Below, piece after piece: positions 28,605 to 38,364 of a DNA stretch of 64,000 nucleotides. The notes under the pieces were generated by a model. It was given only the letters and a program-made list of their open reading frames with translations. It made no database searches and had not been told where the DNA came from. Numbering within the stretch: position 1 is the stretch's first letter; each line of letters opens with the position of its first letter. Source of the stretch: Chromatiaceae bacterium. Its GTDB lineage: Bacteria > Pseudomonadota > Gammaproteobacteria > Chromatiales > Chromatiaceae. The stretch is taken from positions 12,047-76,046 of the forward strand of contig REDK01000159.1 of assembly GCA_007693535.1 (NCBI GenBank), written 5' to 3'. The position numbers were made by a program, and so were the translations under genes.

Positions 28605-28748
28605 GGTCGGACTGGTAACAGCGCCCATGGCGCGGCATTGCTGAAATCGCGCTAGGCTGCCAATGCAGCAACCGTCCACCAGATCATCGAGCAGCAAGAA
28701 TCCTCGCCGCGCTGGCCGGCGCAACCTGCCCAGTGTCCGCCTCGCGCC

Positions 28749-29945
28749 TCAAGGCACCCAGGGCATTGCTCCGGCCTCCCGGTACCAAGCCGTGGTGAGC
28801 GTCCGCGCAACCGCAGGTCCTTGGACCTGCGGCGTATACTTGCTCAGGGCTGCGGCTGCCGCCGCCTCGGCCATGGCCGGATAATCGTCCAGTTCGGCCA
28901 GCGCGCGCCGCAGGACCCCGAGCCATTCATGGCTGCGGGCCAGGTAGCCGGTCTTACCGTCACTAACCGCACGTCTCAAGGTGAACAAAGGTGACACGAC
29001 GCTAATAGTCCCAACCGCGGCGGCCTCGAAGACCTTGAGTTCGGACTTGCTATTGGTAAAAGAGTTGTCCAGCAGCGGTACGAGATTGATCTCGACCTCG
29101 CCGATCCGTCTTTGTAGCGCGAGAAAACGCTGCATCGGTAACTGTTCTACCCGCTCGGCGAACGGCGCCAACATGGCAGGCAGCGCGATCTGTCCCACCA
29201 GCCGCAGGATGATGCGCTGCTCCGACTCCATTAAAGCCGCAATCGCATCGGCCACGACCGCGAAATCGCGCTGATGCGTTGGCGAACCGCTAAAGTAACC
29301 CAGGTGGACGTGCTGGTCACGTTGGAAGTCCGTGGCCCGCTTGGCTTCCAGTATCCGCGCCGAGTATTCCAGTTGCGCCCCATTCATGAAATTCGGCAAT
29401 ACCGCGACTGGCAGAGCGCAAAAGGCCTGGACCCGCTCGGCCAGGTAGGCGTTCGTGACGATCACCCCGTCGCATAGGCGCAGCAGGGCGCCATAACGGC
29501 CGAAGTCGGCAAACCAATAGTCCATATCGGCCTCTTCAGCGCTATGATCAAGATAATCCAGGATGAGCTGCACATAGCGGTGATCGAAAACCAGATCATC
29601 GATGTCGAACAGCACAGTCTGGCCGCGCATGCGGGCCCTTGCCACCAGAGCGGCCAGTGGTGCAGTGTACTTGCAGTGGCACAGGACGATAACGTCGACC
29701 TGGTCGAGGATCGGCTCGGCGTCGCGCAACTCCGCTGCCGAGAACCAACTCGCAGCCCGGCCCACGCCATTGGCCGCCAGTGCCTCGATCATGTTGAGAA
29801 CCCGATACCGGAAGGTCGCAAGGTTCGGCTTGGGATAGATGTAGGCGACCCGCCATGAACCACGCCGCAGGCATCGCAGTCGCTCCTGCAGCGGCGGGAA
29901 ACACAGCACCCCGCTGCCCGGCTGAGGCAGATCCGCGGTAAACAA
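28749..29945 (-). CDS. GT-B glycosyltransferase (tandem paralogue of 29962..31119)
   Basis: Aligns along its whole length with the upstream paralogue: TFRYRVLNMIEAL, DIDDLVFD, YLAER, HLGYFSG(S/T)PTH(Q/R)RDF, GEVEINLVPL, SELKVFEAA(A/V)VGTISV. The start is uncertain. TTG 29945 matches the paralogue's N-terminus (FTADLP vs FLANLP); the alternative ATG 30011 would overlap the upstream gene by 50 nt. Confidence 0.7.
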   Translation of the reverse strand: MFTADLPQPGSGVLCFPPLQERLRCLRRGSWRVAYIYPKPNLATFRYRVLNMIEALAANGVGRAASWFSAAELRDAEPILDQVDVIVLCHCKYTAPLAALVARARMRGQTVLFDIDDLVFDHRYVQLILDYLDHSAEEADMDYWFADFGRYGALLRLCDGVIVTNAYLAERVQAFCALPVAVLPNFMNGAQLEYSARILEAKRATDFQRDQHVHLGYFSGSPTHQRDFAVVADAIAALMESEQRIILRLVGQIALPAMLAPFAERVEQLPMQRFLALQRRIGEVEINLVPLLDNSFTNSKSELKVFEAAAVGTISVVSPLFTLRRAVSDGKTGYLARSHEWLGVLRRALAELDDYPAMAEAAAAAALSKYTPQVQGPAVARTLTTAWYREAGAMPWVP

Positions 29946-29961
29946 GAAAGCGTCGCCCGCG

Positions 29962-31119
29962 CTAGTCGTACAACGCCTGCAACACCGCAGCACCCTGGGC
30001 TGCCGGCGCATAGCAAGCCAAGGCCTCCGCTGCCGCTGCCTCGGCCATCTGAGGATAGTCGTCAAGCCTGGCGATCGCCTGCGTCAAAACCGGGTACCAG
30101 TTCTGCGCCGTGGCCAAGAAGCCGCTGCTGCCGACGCTGAGCGCCCGTTCGATGGTATAAGTCGGGGTGCCGACACTGATGGTCCCGACCACCGCTGCTT
30201 CGAAGACCTTGAGTTCGGACTTGCAGTTGGTGAAGACGTTATCCTGCAGCGGTACCAGATTGATCTCCACCTCGCCGATCAGGCGTTGGAGGTTCAGGAA
30301 ATCTTGCAATGGGTAGTACTCGATCCGCTGCTGGAACTCGGAAAAGGCCGGCGGCAGCTCCAGGAATCCCACGATGCGCAGCACGATTCGCGCATCGGCC
30401 CGCAGGAGTTGCAACAGGCTATCGACGATTACCGCGAAATCGCGCCGATGGGTGGGGGTGCCGCTGAAGTATCCGAGATGAATCCGGCCATCTCGGACAA
30501 AATCGGCAGCGCGCTTGGCAGCAAGGATGGCGGCCGAGACCTCGATCTGCGCTTGGTTCAGAAAGTTTGGCACCGTCGCGACTGCTAACCCAGAAAACTC
30601 GGCGATGCGTTCGGCCAGGTATGCATTGGTTCCAATCGCCCGGTCGCACAGCCGAAGCAATGCCCCATGGCGTCCAATATCGGCAAACCAGAAATCCAGA
30701 TCGCCCTCGCTGGTGCCCTGATCCAGCGTGTTCAGTACAAAATGGACATAACGGTCATCGAAAACCAAGTCATCGATGTCATAGATGACCGGGATACCGC
30801 GGGCGCCGGCCCGGATGACCAGCTCCGCCAGCCTCGGTGAATAGCGGGCACGGCAAAGCACGAGCCGGTCGGCATGGTTCAGAATCGACTCTGCATATGG
30901 CAGATCGGCATCGCAGAACCAGGCAGCACCGATGGCCTGTTCGCTGGTTACCAGCGCCTCAATCATGTTCAGGACGCGGTACCTGAAGGTGCTGGTATCC
31001 GGGCGGTGGTAGAAATAGGCGACATGGCGATCGCCCGCGGCTAGTTGGGCAAGGCGGTCAGTGAATGGTGTGTGCCAGGGGTCCTGGTATTCGACCCGGG
31101 GCAGGTTGGCCAGGAACAT
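29962..31119 (-). CDS. GT-B glycosyltransferase (tandem paralogue)
   Basis: ATG 31119 (the track uses GTG 31122), immediately after the upstream TGA. Motifs are listed under the paralogue. Confidence 0.75.
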   Translation of the reverse strand: MFLANLPRVEYQDPWHTPFTDRLAQLAAGDRHVAYFYHRPDTSTFRYRVLNMIEALVTSEQAIGAAWFCDADLPYAESILNHADRLVLCRARYSPRLAELVIRAGARGIPVIYDIDDLVFDDRYVHFVLNTLDQGTSEGDLDFWFADIGRHGALLRLCDRAIGTNAYLAERIAEFSGLAVATVPNFLNQAQIEVSAAILAAKRAADFVRDGRIHLGYFSGTPTHRRDFAVIVDSLLQLLRADARIVLRIVGFLELPPAFSEFQQRIEYYPLQDFLNLQRLIGEVEINLVPLQDNVFTNCKSELKVFEAAVVGTISVGTPTYTIERALSVGSSGFLATAQNWYPVLTQAIARLDDYPQMAEAAAAEALACYAPAAQGAAVLQALYD

Positions 31120-31122
31120 CAC

Positions 31123-33786
31123 TCAGACCTTGGCCAGCGTGGTCAGGACCGGCGCCATGGCCGCCTCCCAGTCCCGGGCGATTCCCGCCGACCGATGATT
31201 CTCCTGGCGCCGCGACTCATCCTGCGCCAGGGTGGCGGCCTCCCCCAGTGTGCGTACCAAGTCATCCAGTGCCGGTTCCGCACAGAGGATGTTATCGCAG
31301 TAGCGCGACAGCGGTGGCCGCGCCGGCTGCTGATTGGTCACCACCACCGCCCCACTGGCGGCAAGGTCAAACGGAGGATAGCTAGGATGCGGGGTATATT
31401 GCAGCGAGAGCCCGACATCCACGCGCCGGATCAGCGCGGCATATTCTTTCCAGGATAGCGTCTCCGCCAGCTGCGGACGGATCGCGTGCGGCAATTTGAC
31501 CGGTGGCAGCCCGCGCCCGAGGAAATGGAACTCCCAGGCAGCAGGCGGGAACAAACCGGTCTCGACAGCGGCGGCAATGGCCTCGAGACCGCGCAGGAAG
31601 AGGTTGCGTGGATGATGCGGCCGCGCGTAGAAAAAGAAGGTGCGACAACGGTCGGCCTTGGCGCGCTCTGGGTAGTAGATGGTCGACGGGAAGGCGGGCT
31701 CGAAGGCGGGGCTGGCCGAGGTGATCCCGCGCATCCCGGCGGCGATCAGATGGTCGCGCAGTGCGGTGGTATTGACGATAAAATTCAGGCGCTCATCGCA
31801 GAAGATCTCCTGACATCGCAGTTGCAGGTCGCCCGCGGGATAGAACATGCGCTCGTCTTCCTGCACGAGATACCAGATGCGCGAGGGATCGAGGCTGCGG
31901 CGGGCAGCCCAGGTCGTCCACCAGGAAGTGGTCAGGATCAACTCATCTGTCTGTATTGCCAGCGCCCTGCTATCGACCTCCGTCGGCGCATACTCGAACT
32001 CGATGTTCGCATGATAGGCGATACCATGTGCCTGCAGTACAGTCCCGAGATTGGCAGGCTCCGGTGGGCTGTGCCGGGTCGCGATGCGCAGTCGCAGGCC
32101 AAGGTGTTGGGCCAGCAGAACAGCGAGAATGATTGCCGTGGCAACCCCGCCGAACAGGCTCGTAGCGCCAAGGGTGTCGGTCAGCAGCGTGATCCGACCG
32201 CCGTTGCGCGGGCTGGGATCCGGATAGGTCGCAATCGCGATGAGATTGGGGATCTCGTTGGCTACGACCTCGGCGACCGTCGCCTCAGGGATCTCAGTTT
32301 TTGGTGCGCTTCCCGCTGCCCCAGCCAGGGCGTCGGGAGATAGCTCGGCTGCCGCGCTTGCGATGCGAGCGGGCAGCCTCGGTAAGCCGGCCTCTCCGCG
32401 AGCCGCCCCGATCAGCCGGCGCAGCGGCGCGGTCATGCGCCAGATGGTCGAGGCCACTATGGCGTCGCGTTCTGCCGCGGCGCCGGCCAGGTCATGGACC
32501 TGCTCTGTCATCTCGCCGAGCTGCTCACGCAGGGCCTGTTGCTCTGCCTCGCAGGCTTGCAGTGCCTGGCTCAGGCAAGCGGACTCCTGCCGGCACTCAT
32601 CCAGGCGCTGCGCGGCGACCGCGTTCGCCTGCCCCTGGATGGCTTGAGTCGCCTCGATCCGACGCGCGGCAGTGGCGATCTCCTCCGCCGCATCGGAAAG
32701 GTCGCAGGCCTCCGGCCGCCTTCCACCGAGGCTTGCACGTGGGCCCCCCCGACGCGCCTTCTGATTCTGCCACTGCCTGCTAAGCCTTGCCTTTGCTGCC
32801 TGATGCTGCGGCGACTTACGGAGCGCCGGGGAGGTAGATACCGCTTGCTCCGGCTGGCAAGCGGCCAGGCGGCTTGCCGCCTCAGCGGCACTGCGCTCGG
32901 TTGCCACGATCAAATTCAGGAGCGGACGCAGTGCCTCTAACTCGGCCTCCAATCCCTGTAATGCCCGCGTTGCTTCGGGACCTTCAAGGTCCAGTTCATC
33001 CGCCGCAATCCGCGATAGCCATTCAAAGGCATCGGCAACCAACCCTGGTACCTCGGGGTTCCGGCGCAATTCCTCCGCGGTGAAGTGCGCGTGGCATAGT
33101 GATGCATCCAGGAAGTCGCGCGAGAAGTCCGCCAGGGCGGCCCGGTCGACTCGATCCGCCAACCCGAGCGCCCGCGCCACGCGCTCCAGTTCGGTCTCGG
33201 GTGCGGCCAACAGGCGCTCGTATTGCAAGACCACGCGGCGGGCACCCCGACTGTCGCTCACCGCAGCCAGGCTGTGCTGCAACCACAACAGCAAGCCCTT
33301 ACCGGTCGCGAATCCATGGTGCTGTTTCAGCGAAGCAGCAACGCTGAGCGGATTGCGCAAGGCAATCACATAGGCTGCCTCGAACCCCAACTCTTCGAAT
33401 ACGGCCTGCCAAAAGGGTAGCACCCGCGGCAGGCGCGGATCTTTCATGCCGAAGAGACTGGTGTCTGTCAGCTTGGACCGCAGCAGGACTTCCGCCCGGC
33501 GCCTCAGCGATGTCAAACTCACCTCCCGCAAGCGCTCACCAAGCGCCGGGTCGAGGCTATGCCAGGAGGTCTCCAATCGGGTCAGCAGATCTTCATTGAA
33601 ACGGTAGATGTCCATATCCTCGAAGAAGCCGCGGTCATTGATCCCGGTTCGCGGCGGCATGAGATTTCTACCCAAGTCTACACCCATCACTCGCAAGGCG
33701 GCCGCGATCGCACTGGTGCCGCTGCGATGCATACCCAGCACCACCACAAGGCGTGGCGCGACTGCATTTTTTTGGTTATTCGGCAT
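31123..33786 (-). CDS. Three-part fusion: N-terminal sulfotransferase domain, central coiled-coil, C-terminal WsaF-like GT-B glycosyltransferase
   Basis: The N-terminus has a PAPS-binding 5'-PSB-like loop (VVVLGMHRSGTS) and a 3'-PB-like motif (ALRNPLSVAASL). The central roughly 200 aa are heptad-rich, Ala/Glu/Gln-rich sequence (…LQGLEAELEALRPLL…CEAEQQALREQLGEMTEQVHDL). The C-terminus has WsaF-family marks: LFGGVATAI, TTSWWTTW, YLVQEDERMFYP, FFFYARPHHPRNLF, QYTPHPSYPPFDLAASGAVVVTN. Confidence 0.75.
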   Translation of the reverse strand: MPNNQKNAVAPRLVVVLGMHRSGTSAIAAALRVMGVDLGRNLMPPRTGINDRGFFEDMDIYRFNEDLLTRLETSWHSLDPALGERLREVSLTSLRRRAEVLLRSKLTDTSLFGMKDPRLPRVLPFWQAVFEELGFEAAYVIALRNPLSVAASLKQHHGFATGKGLLLWLQHSLAAVSDSRGARRVVLQYERLLAAPETELERVARALGLADRVDRAALADFSRDFLDASLCHAHFTAEELRRNPEVPGLVADAFEWLSRIAADELDLEGPEATRALQGLEAELEALRPLLNLIVATERSAAEAASRLAACQPEQAVSTSPALRKSPQHQAAKARLSRQWQNQKARRGGPRASLGGRRPEACDLSDAAEEIATAARRIEATQAIQGQANAVAAQRLDECRQESACLSQALQACEAEQQALREQLGEMTEQVHDLAGAAAERDAIVASTIWRMTAPLRRLIGAARGEAGLPRLPARIASAAAELSPDALAGAAGSAPKTEIPEATVAEVVANEIPNLIAIATYPDPSPRNGGRITLLTDTLGATSLFGGVATAIILAVLLAQHLGLRLRIATRHSPPEPANLGTVLQAHGIAYHANIEFEYAPTEVDSRALAIQTDELILTTSWWTTWAARRSLDPSRIWYLVQEDERMFYPAGDLQLRCQEIFCDERLNFIVNTTALRDHLIAAGMRGITSASPAFEPAFPSTIYYPERAKADRCRTFFFYARPHHPRNLFLRGLEAIAAAVETGLFPPAAWEFHFLGRGLPPVKLPHAIRPQLAETLSWKEYAALIRRVDVGLSLQYTPHPSYPPFDLAASGAVVVTNQQPARPPLSRYCDNILCAEPALDDLVRTLGEAATLAQDESRRQENHRSAGIARDWEAAMAPVLTTLAKV

Positions 33787-35188
33787 CACTTAATTCTCTA
33801 TCCAGCGTCACATCACAGACACAATCGAAGTCTACCAATCCGGTTGCTTGATTCCGTTCCTCTGGCAGCACCCTGAAGATGGCTGCGTCCAAGAGCCGGT
33901 GCAGCCAACCATCCTCGCCGTTGAGCATCCCCAACACGCCAGCATTCAGGAAATAGGTTCCTGGATTCAAACGGCAAACAAACCGAAATGCCACCCGACA
34001 GCAGCTGCCGGCCCTGACGACCGCGAGCGCCTCTCCAAACGTCGCCGCCGAGATGCCGCCCCCCAATTCGATCCCGCTCACAGTCTTGATCAGCATTCCG
34101 AACCTGACCACCGTAGCGGTCGCGGTAAAGTTGGCCCGATACGAATAGACATAGGTGCGTCCGCGGACCAGATGATTCACTTGCAGCCCTGACGGCAGAA
34201 AGATGCCGACATCGGCAATCTCGACCTCCCGCGATTCATAGGCGACAGTACTGGCAGGCCGCAGGTTGGGATCAAATGTCTCCCGCCGGTCTTCGGATGG
34301 CCGGGCCAGGCCTGCCGAGGCATCGCCGCGACCCTGCTCGCCTGGCTCGTGCAAAACCGCCAGTCGTACTACCTCGCCGTCCTGATCCCGAATCTGTTGG
34401 CGGATCTCTTCCCGTTGTCCAGGTCCGGCGTACAGCAGACGCTGATAACGTCCGACAATGGTCTTCGGAACCCCGGTCGCAATCCGTTCTCCCTCATCCA
34501 GCAACACGGCCCGATCGCACAGTTCTACGACCGCGCTGCCGGAATGGGAGACAAATAGGATGGTCGCCCCAGCATCGCGCATGCTCTCGATACGAGAAAA
34601 GCATTTACGCTGAAATAATTCATCCCCGACTGCGAGGGCCTCATCGATGATCAGGATGTCAGGATCAACATTGATCGCCACCGCGAAACCCAGCCGAACC
34701 ACCATGCCACTGGAGTAGGTCTTGACCGGCTGCTCGATGAAATCGCCGATATCGGCAAAGGCAGCGATCCTGTCGAAGCGAGCGGCGATCTCGTCGCGCT
34801 CTAGTCCAAGCAGGCTACCATTCAAGAAGACATTATCCCGGCCGGAAAAATCAGGGTTGAAGCCCGTGCCCAGTTCGAGTAGGGCGGCGATCCGGCCACG
34901 GATATCAACGGTACCGACCGTTGGCGTCAGAGTCCCGCAGATCACCTGCAGGAGCGTGGATTTCCCGGAGCCGTTACGCCCGATGATGCCCACCGTCTCG
35001 CCGCGCGAGACATCTAGCGAAACATCGCGCAGGGCCCAGAATTCGCGGTAATAATTGGTCGCAGGCAGGCCCAGCAAACTGCGCAGCCGTGGCATCACTG
35101 ACTGTTTGAGTCGGTCCTGCGGCTGCGCGTAGATCTGATAGCACTTGCCGAGCCCCTGCACTCGTATCGCAAATCCTTCAGACGACAT
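33776..35188 (-). CDS. wzt: O-antigen/glycan ABC exporter ATP-binding protein with C-terminal carbohydrate-binding-type domain
   Basis: Walker A is GRNGSGKST, the signature is YSSGMVVRL and Walker B is ILIIDEAL. An extra C-terminal domain of roughly 200 aa is beta-rich (…GRTYVYSYRANFTATATVVRFGMLIKT…LNPGTYFLNAGV). ATG 35188 lies inside the wzm 3' end (11-nt overlap). Confidence 0.9.
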   Translation of the reverse strand: MSSEGFAIRVQGLGKCYQIYAQPQDRLKQSVMPRLRSLLGLPATNYYREFWALRDVSLDVSRGETVGIIGRNGSGKSTLLQVICGTLTPTVGTVDIRGRIAALLELGTGFNPDFSGRDNVFLNGSLLGLERDEIAARFDRIAAFADIGDFIEQPVKTYSSGMVVRLGFAVAINVDPDILIIDEALAVGDELFQRKCFSRIESMRDAGATILFVSHSGSAVVELCDRAVLLDEGERIATGVPKTIVGRYQRLLYAGPGQREEIRQQIRDQDGEVVRLAVLHEPGEQGRGDASAGLARPSEDRRETFDPNLRPASTVAYESREVEIADVGIFLPSGLQVNHLVRGRTYVYSYRANFTATATVVRFGMLIKTVSGIELGGGISAATFGEALAVVRAGSCCRVAFRFVCRLNPGTYFLNAGVLGMLNGEDGWLHRLLDAAIFRVLPEERNQATGLVDFDCVCDVTLDRELSDAE

Positions 35189-36008
35189 CGGCAAACCCCT
35201 TGCGGGTCTTCTGGAACCACCAGAACCCGACCTTGGCGACCGCCAGGCTCAAGAGCGAGTAAAGGAACCAACCCGGCCAATTCGGGACTTGACCGAACAG
35301 CAAGACCTTGCGCCCCTCCTCGATGACAAAGGTCAGTGGATTGAGGTACAGCAGGAGCTGCAGCTTGGGTGATAGGACGCTGACCGGATAAAAGATCGGC
35401 GCCATGAACAGCATGATGGTGGTAATGATGCCGATGGTCTGGGCAACGTCCCTGATATAGACACCAAGGGCGGCCAGAAACCAGCCGACACCCGTGGTCG
35501 CGATCACCAGCGGCGCGACGAGTAGTGGAAAAAAGACCAAGGTCCAGGACAACGAGCCGGTGAGCAGATATTGTGCCAACAGCAGCACTGAGAGACTGAT
35601 CAGGGCATGGAACAAGGCTGCACCCATCGCGACAACTGGTAGGATCTCCAGCGGGAATACCACGCGTTTGACGTAGCTGACGTTATGGACGATGAGCAGC
35701 GGTGCACGATTGGCAACCTCGGCGAACAGCGCGTGGATGATCATGCCGACGAATAGCACGATGGCAAAGCTGACATGGTCGTCGGCGACTCCGCCTCCCC
35801 AGCGGTTGCGAAAGACCACCGAGAAGACAAAGGTATAGACCAGTAACATCAGGATCGGATTGAAGAAGGACCAGGCCAGGCCCAGGATCGAGCCGCGATA
35901 GCGGGCGGCGATCTCACGGCGGACCAGTTGCCTGACCAGACCATGATGAGCGCGACCGGTGGCCAGCATGGCGCTGAAGCTAGTGGGATGATCTTGATGG
36001 GGGTTCAT
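35178..36008 (-). CDS. wzm: ABC-2 type polysaccharide exporter permease
   Basis: 276 aa with 6 TM helices. N-terminus is …LVRQLVRREIAARYRGSILGLAWSFFNPILML, typical of Wzm/TagG. ATGA overlap with the upstream GT. Confidence 0.9.
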   Translation of the reverse strand: MNPHQDHPTSFSAMLATGRAHHGLVRQLVRREIAARYRGSILGLAWSFFNPILMLLVYTFVFSVVFRNRWGGGVADDHVSFAIVLFVGMIIHALFAEVANRAPLLIVHNVSYVKRVVFPLEILPVVAMGAALFHALISLSVLLLAQYLLTGSLSWTLVFFPLLVAPLVIATTGVGWFLAALGVYIRDVAQTIGIITTIMLFMAPIFYPVSVLSPKLQLLLYLNPLTFVIEEGRKVLLFGQVPNWPGWFLYSLLSLAVAKVGFWWFQKTRKGFADVV

Positions 36009-38107
36009 GAGTCAGGCGCAGCCGACCAGAGCTTGGCCGTTGCACTGGTGCTGACGACCGCATAAGCAGCAATTGTTTCATCGATCATTCGCGCCATGCC
36101 AAACTGCTCGGCGACGAAGCGCGGGCCGGCCTGGCCCAGTCGGCGACGGCGGTCCGCGTCATCCAGCAAACGCACCACGGTCGTGGCGATCGGGTCAGGA
36201 TCGGACTCAGTAAGATACAGGCCGGTCTCGCCATCGGCCATGGACTCGGCAGTGCCGCCACCGCCGCAGGCAACGACCGGCACGCCCAAGGCCTGTGCCT
36301 CCAGCAGCACGTTCGGTGTCCCTTCCCATGCGGAGGTCAACAGCAGCAGATCGCAGGCGGCAAGCGCCAGCCGGGCGTCGGCTGTTGGTGCCATCAGCCG
36401 CACGCGCCCGGACTCTGGGAATGAGTGGATACGCGCATTCAGCGCTTCCGCTAGCGGGCCTTGACCATAGAGGCAGCCGTGAGTACCGGCCCGGGCAGCG
36501 AGCACGCGCGCCACGACCTCCAGCCAGAGCAGCGGCCGCTTCTCCTCTGACAGCCGGAACATGCCGCCAATTACCAGGGCCGCGGCCGGGAATCCGAGTG
36601 CATGGCGATGGGCGGCAATCGCCGCCTGGGCGGGTCGAGTGATGGCCGCGTGATCGACGCCGTTGCGGATGACGCCGATCTCCCGAGGCGGTAAGCCCAG
36701 CCAAGCCGCATAGTCGGCTGCACCGGCCCGGCTGTTATTGATGAACACCGTCTGCGGCGATCCCAACAGCGCCTGGTAGGCCGGCCGATACCAAGGCTGA
36801 TAGATATAGTCGAAATGGATCGGGCTGACATTGCGCCCGGATAGGATCAGCCGCGGAACCCCGGCAAGCACCGCCGCGAGACCAGCGCGAACATTGCTGT
36901 AATCCAGCCAGGCGTGAACGATCGCCGGACGCAGCGCATGGATCGCGAGATAGAGATTAGTGATCTCCTGTTGCAGATCGGCAGGCAATCCACGCAGTAC
37001 CCGCGCCAGGCGCCGCAGCAAGGCCTTGACTGCTGGATCAATCGCATCCCGCCAAGCGTCGATGCTGCTGGCCGGGCCGCCGAGTTCGCGCACCTCGATC
37101 CCGGCGGCGACCAGCTGATGGTAAAAGAAGTCGTTCCCCGGCCGACCCCGTAGATTGCTGACCAGGATGGTCAGATCGGCGATGCCCTGTTGTCGCAGAC
37201 CCAGTGCAGTATTGACGATCTGCCGCTCGGCACCGCCGGCGCAGAGGGTAGGACAGACGAACAGGATGCGGGCGTGTACGATCTGCTGGAGCGGGATGCG
37301 CAGTGCGGCGGTGGCATCGCCGAGGAGTCGTGCGAAACGACGCCGCTGATGCGTCTCGACATAGCGCAGATAGCGCTCGGCACCGAGCAGCACCTGTGCC
37401 CCGGCATCGGCGCCGCGGACACCGCGGGCGGGCAGCGACTGCACGAAGGATAGCACCTTGTATCCAGCGAGCAGGAGCAACGGGCGGCGATGCCAATCAT
37501 CGACGCGCCAGCAGGTCAGGTTGAGAAATCCGCGGGTCAGCGCGATGCGGATCATGCGCGCGGTCAGTCCGGCGCAATCGCCGATATAGAGCAGATCGCG
37601 GGCGCCGCGACGCGCTGGCACTTGCCACGTGTAGTCCGCCCGCTGGAACTGACCGAGGCGTCCCTCCATGGCACCCAGCGCGAGCCCCGGCGGTGGCGCC
37701 TGGTCCAGGACCAGGGCGGTGACGGCAGGATGCGCCAACAGACTGGCGATAGCAGGCTCGGGGAGCACAAAGGGGACCGCTAGCACGACTTGGTCGATGG
37801 CGCGCTTTTGACACCAGGCGAGCGCTGCTTGGACGCGCGGGTCGTCAACGGCGGGTGGCTTTAGTGGCTGATCGGTCGGTGGCCGCAAGCTGGTATCCGC
37901 ATCGGGCGCTGGGGCAGGCGCGCGACGAACTGGCTGTTTCAGGACAGGCTCCTGTTGCACGCGGCCATCCGCAAACAGCCTCCGGAAGGGCGGCGGAAGG
38001 CCGGACAGGTTGGCATGACGGACCCTGAGGGGCGACAGTCCGGGCAACAGGTGCCAAGGCAAAATCGGATTCGGGCAGCAAGACCCCAGACGGCAGCGCC
38101 GGGGCAA
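36005..38107 (-). CDS. GT4-family glycosyltransferase with an uncharacterised N-terminal extension of about 300 aa
   Basis: The C-terminal half has ILFVCPTLCAGGAERQIVNTALGL and WEGTPNVLLEAQALGVPVVACGGGGTAE. The start is uncertain: the track start is TTG 38107 and GTG 37960 is an alternative. Confidence 0.75.
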   Translation of the reverse strand: MPRRCRLGSCCPNPILPWHLLPGLSPLRVRHANLSGLPPPFRRLFADGRVQQEPVLKQPVRRAPAPAPDADTSLRPPTDQPLKPPAVDDPRVQAALAWCQKRAIDQVVLAVPFVLPEPAIASLLAHPAVTALVLDQAPPPGLALGAMEGRLGQFQRADYTWQVPARRGARDLLYIGDCAGLTARMIRIALTRGFLNLTCWRVDDWHRRPLLLLAGYKVLSFVQSLPARGVRGADAGAQVLLGAERYLRYVETHQRRRFARLLGDATAALRIPLQQIVHARILFVCPTLCAGGAERQIVNTALGLRQQGIADLTILVSNLRGRPGNDFFYHQLVAAGIEVRELGGPASSIDAWRDAIDPAVKALLRRLARVLRGLPADLQQEITNLYLAIHALRPAIVHAWLDYSNVRAGLAAVLAGVPRLILSGRNVSPIHFDYIYQPWYRPAYQALLGSPQTVFINNSRAGAADYAAWLGLPPREIGVIRNGVDHAAITRPAQAAIAAHRHALGFPAAALVIGGMFRLSEEKRPLLWLEVVARVLAARAGTHGCLYGQGPLAEALNARIHSFPESGRVRLMAPTADARLALAACDLLLLTSAWEGTPNVLLEAQALGVPVVACGGGGTAESMADGETGLYLTESDPDPIATTVVRLLDDADRRRRLGQAGPRFVAEQFGMARMIDETIAAYAVVSTSATAKLWSAAPDS

Positions 38108-38364
38108 GTGTGGCAGTATACCTTAGTTTCGCTGTGTGCTCTTTGGCATCAAGGCTGCCGCTGCGTCAGGGTTGCCCGGACCGGACCTTTGGGACACTGG
38201 TTGGCCGCGCGCCACGGTTCGGCGTTGGTTGTTCGAGCTGCATACGCGACCGATCGCACCGACGGTTTACTCTTGGCGGCCTGGGCCTGTCGCGTCTGAT
38301 CGCCTGTCCGGCCAAGCGCCCGGCGTCCCGTTGCCGACTGTCGGCGAGTCTGAGGAAGTCAACG

